The notes below the pieces were generated by a model. That model did no database searches. It worked only from the letters and a program-made list of their open reading frames with translations, and had not been told where the DNA came from. Made by a program: the position numbers and the translations under genes. A stretch of 26,320 nt of DNA, taken from the NCBI GenBank assembly GCA_049694275.1, contig JBAVQS010000347.1, positions 1-26,320 on the forward strand. The letters are read 5' to 3'. Of the stretch, positions 24,922 to 26,320 are shown piece after piece (position 1 is the stretch's first letter; each line of letters begins with the position of its first letter). Origin of the DNA: Anaerolineae bacterium (GTDB lineage: Bacteria > Chloroflexota > Anaerolineae > UBA4142 > SHND01).

Positions 24922-26320
24922 ATGCGGCCAGTCAAGTTCTGCTATTTCGTGCTCGTCTCGCTCTGCTTGATTATCCTCACGCTCGCGATCGTGGCAACTA
25001 GCACGGGGCCGCATGTGTGGGATGACTCCTATATGTTCGTGCGCTATGCCGATAACCTCCTCGCACACGGCCGGTTGTCCTGGAACCCCAACGGCGCTCC
25101 AACCTATGGGCTGACGTCCATCCTCTATCTCGTCATTGTGGTCCCTGTTCGGCTCGCTACGCCATACCTCGCGGCCTTGACCGCATGGCTTGCCAGTGTC
25201 CTTGCCGGACTCGTTTTTATCTCTTTGCTTCTGCTCCTCGTCTATCGCACAGTGACGCGCGACCGCCAAGTCGGCGCGTGGCTGGTCCTCTTTGTGCTCC
25301 TTGCGCTCGCCCTTGCTATTCCCCAATTCGCGACACACCTTGCAAGCGGGATGGATACCACATTTGCATTGGCGTTTATCACGGCTTATTTCCTGATTGA
25401 CAAATGGTATGAGTCTTGCCACTCCACAACAGCGGCCATCGCGATGGGAGTGTGGGGTGGGCTGGCCTTACTCGCCCGGCCCGACCTGTTACTCTATACG
25501 ACACTGGTCCCCCTCTCCATCTTTGTATTTGCTCCCACTGCCCGCGACCGGCGGCAAGCACTCGGCATACTGGGTATCACCGCGGTTCTGGTCGGGCTGG
25601 AAATGCTCTGGACGTCAACTTACTTTGGGTCGCCAGTCCCATTGCCCTTTTATGCCAAGGCGATGCGAACCTATCAAGGAGTAATCTACGACCGGTACGC
25701 CGGGGTTGCGTTTCAAGAGTTGGGTAACCTGATTGGGAGCTACTGGTTTCTCCTGATACTCATTGGCGCCGAAATCACGCTGTACTTCAAAGATTGGTAT
25801 AAAAGGACATCCGCCGGCGACAAGGGGATTTTGCTGGCATCGGCGCTTTTCATCACTTTTTATGCTTTCTTTGTTCTCCAGATTATGCCCTTTTCCGCTC
25901 GATTTTACTATCCCGTGCTACCCGCACTGCTCCTCCTCAGTTCGCAAAGCCTTGTGCGTCTGGGCCGTAAACTATCTGCCGTGGTCCAGCGGTCATCGCG
26001 CACTACCATGCGGGGAATCGGGGCGATAGGGGTCGTGATCTTGCTTGTCCTTTTGGGGCTTGCCACGCGCCCTGTTCTCCGGGTGTTACGGGATACAGCC
26101 CAGCAGCATCTGCTCGGTCACTTTGCTTTTTTCGAGGATTATGGGGGAGAGTGGCCGTACGAATGGGCCGGCCTAGAAACCCTCTCGAAGCTACCCGACG
26201 ACATGGTAATTGCCACTACAGAGATTGGAGTATTATCGGCCGCGAACCCGCGCAAGACCGTGGTAGATATGGCAGGGTTGAATGAAACAGGTTTTGCTCA
26301 TGATGGCTTTTCAGCCAACC
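24922..26320 (+). CDS. Polytopic membrane protein resembling GT-C fold glycosyltransferases (GT39/GT83/arabinosyltransferase-like); 3' end truncated by the window
   Basis: Frame 1 is open from ATG 24922 to the window end, about 466 codons by my own translation. This ORF is not in the supplied track because it has no in-window stop. The N-terminal WDDSYMFVRYADNLLAHGRLSWNPNG motif and at least 10 predicted TM helices are consistent with this family. Confidence 0.55.
   Translation, partial: MRPVKFCYFVLVSLCLIILTLAIVATSTGPHVWDDSYMFVRYADNLLAHGRLSWNPNGAPTYGLTSILYLVIVVPVRLATPYLAALTAWLASVLAGLVFISLLLLLVYRTVTRDRQVGAWLVLFVLLALALAIPQFATHLASGMDTTFALAFITAYFLIDKWYESCHSTTAAIAMGVWGGLALLARPDLLLYTTLVPLSIFVFAPTARDRRQALGILGITAVLVGLEMLWTSTYFGSPVPLPFYAKAMRTYQGVIYDRYAGVAFQELGNLIGSYWFLLILIGAEITLYFKDWYKRTSAGDKGILLASALFITFYAFFVLQIMPFSARFYYPVLPALLLLSSQSLVRLGRKLSAVVQRSSRTTMRGIGAIGVVILLVLLGLATRPVLRVLRDTAQQHLLGHFAFFEDYGGEWPYEWAGLETLSKLPDDMVIATTEIGVLSAANPRKTVVDMAGLNETGFAHDGFSAN

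Noticed and set aside
1-26320. tRNA/rRNA genes, CRISPR arrays, IS elements/integrases, and AdoCbl riboswitch or ANTAR elements near eut
   Set aside because: No T-loop/anticodon-arm patterns were seen. There is no regular spacer-repeat array and no transposase or integrase-like ORF. No B12-box or ANTAR dual hairpins were recognisable upstream of the eut genes. Covariance-model searches could not be run, so small ncRNAs cannot be excluded.

Overview
High-GC (~60%) bacterial chromosomal segment with about 25 protein-coding genes and no rRNA, tRNA, CRISPR array or recognisable transposon/integrase. Left to right: (1) 39-5763, a DUF2726 + topoisomerase-type zinc-ribbon protein followed by a four-gene plus-strand operon: two paralogous SPFH/band-7 membrane proteins with elaborate N-terminal domains, a 240-aa unknown protein, and a tandem zf-TFIIB zinc-ribbon protein. 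(2) 5849-7504 (-), a secreted FG-GAP beta-propeller protein. (3) 7732-12402 (+), a compact ethanolamine ammonia-lyase / microcompartment-shell cluster: UDG-superfamily protein, EutB, EutC, EutL, EutM-like BMC-H, EutQ. It lacks a pentamer vertex protein, aldehyde dehydrogenase, reactivase and permease. (4) 12462-16062, a lipoprotein, small membrane proteins, an HtrA/DegP protease and a DUF45 zincin. (5) 16200-19442 (-), a fur-feoB-(small Cys-rich)-feoA iron-uptake locus in which fur and feoB carry the same upstream motif. (6) 19638-23939 (-), a DppA D-aminopeptidase and a 1150-aa adenylate cyclase-STAND ATPase-TPR protein. (7) 24152 to the window end (+), a 237-aa hypothetical protein and a partial GT-C-type membrane glycosyltransferase-like protein. 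Sequence-level signals that the gene calls do not explain are reported as findings: a G-quadruplex/C-G hairpin between eutL and eutM, a 15-bp perfect hairpin between eutB and eutC, extended -10 promoters placed for leaderless transcripts, a tandem 30-bp hairpin repeat ahead of feoA, and several bidirectional terminators. All functional calls come from motif recognition by eye; no database search was possible.
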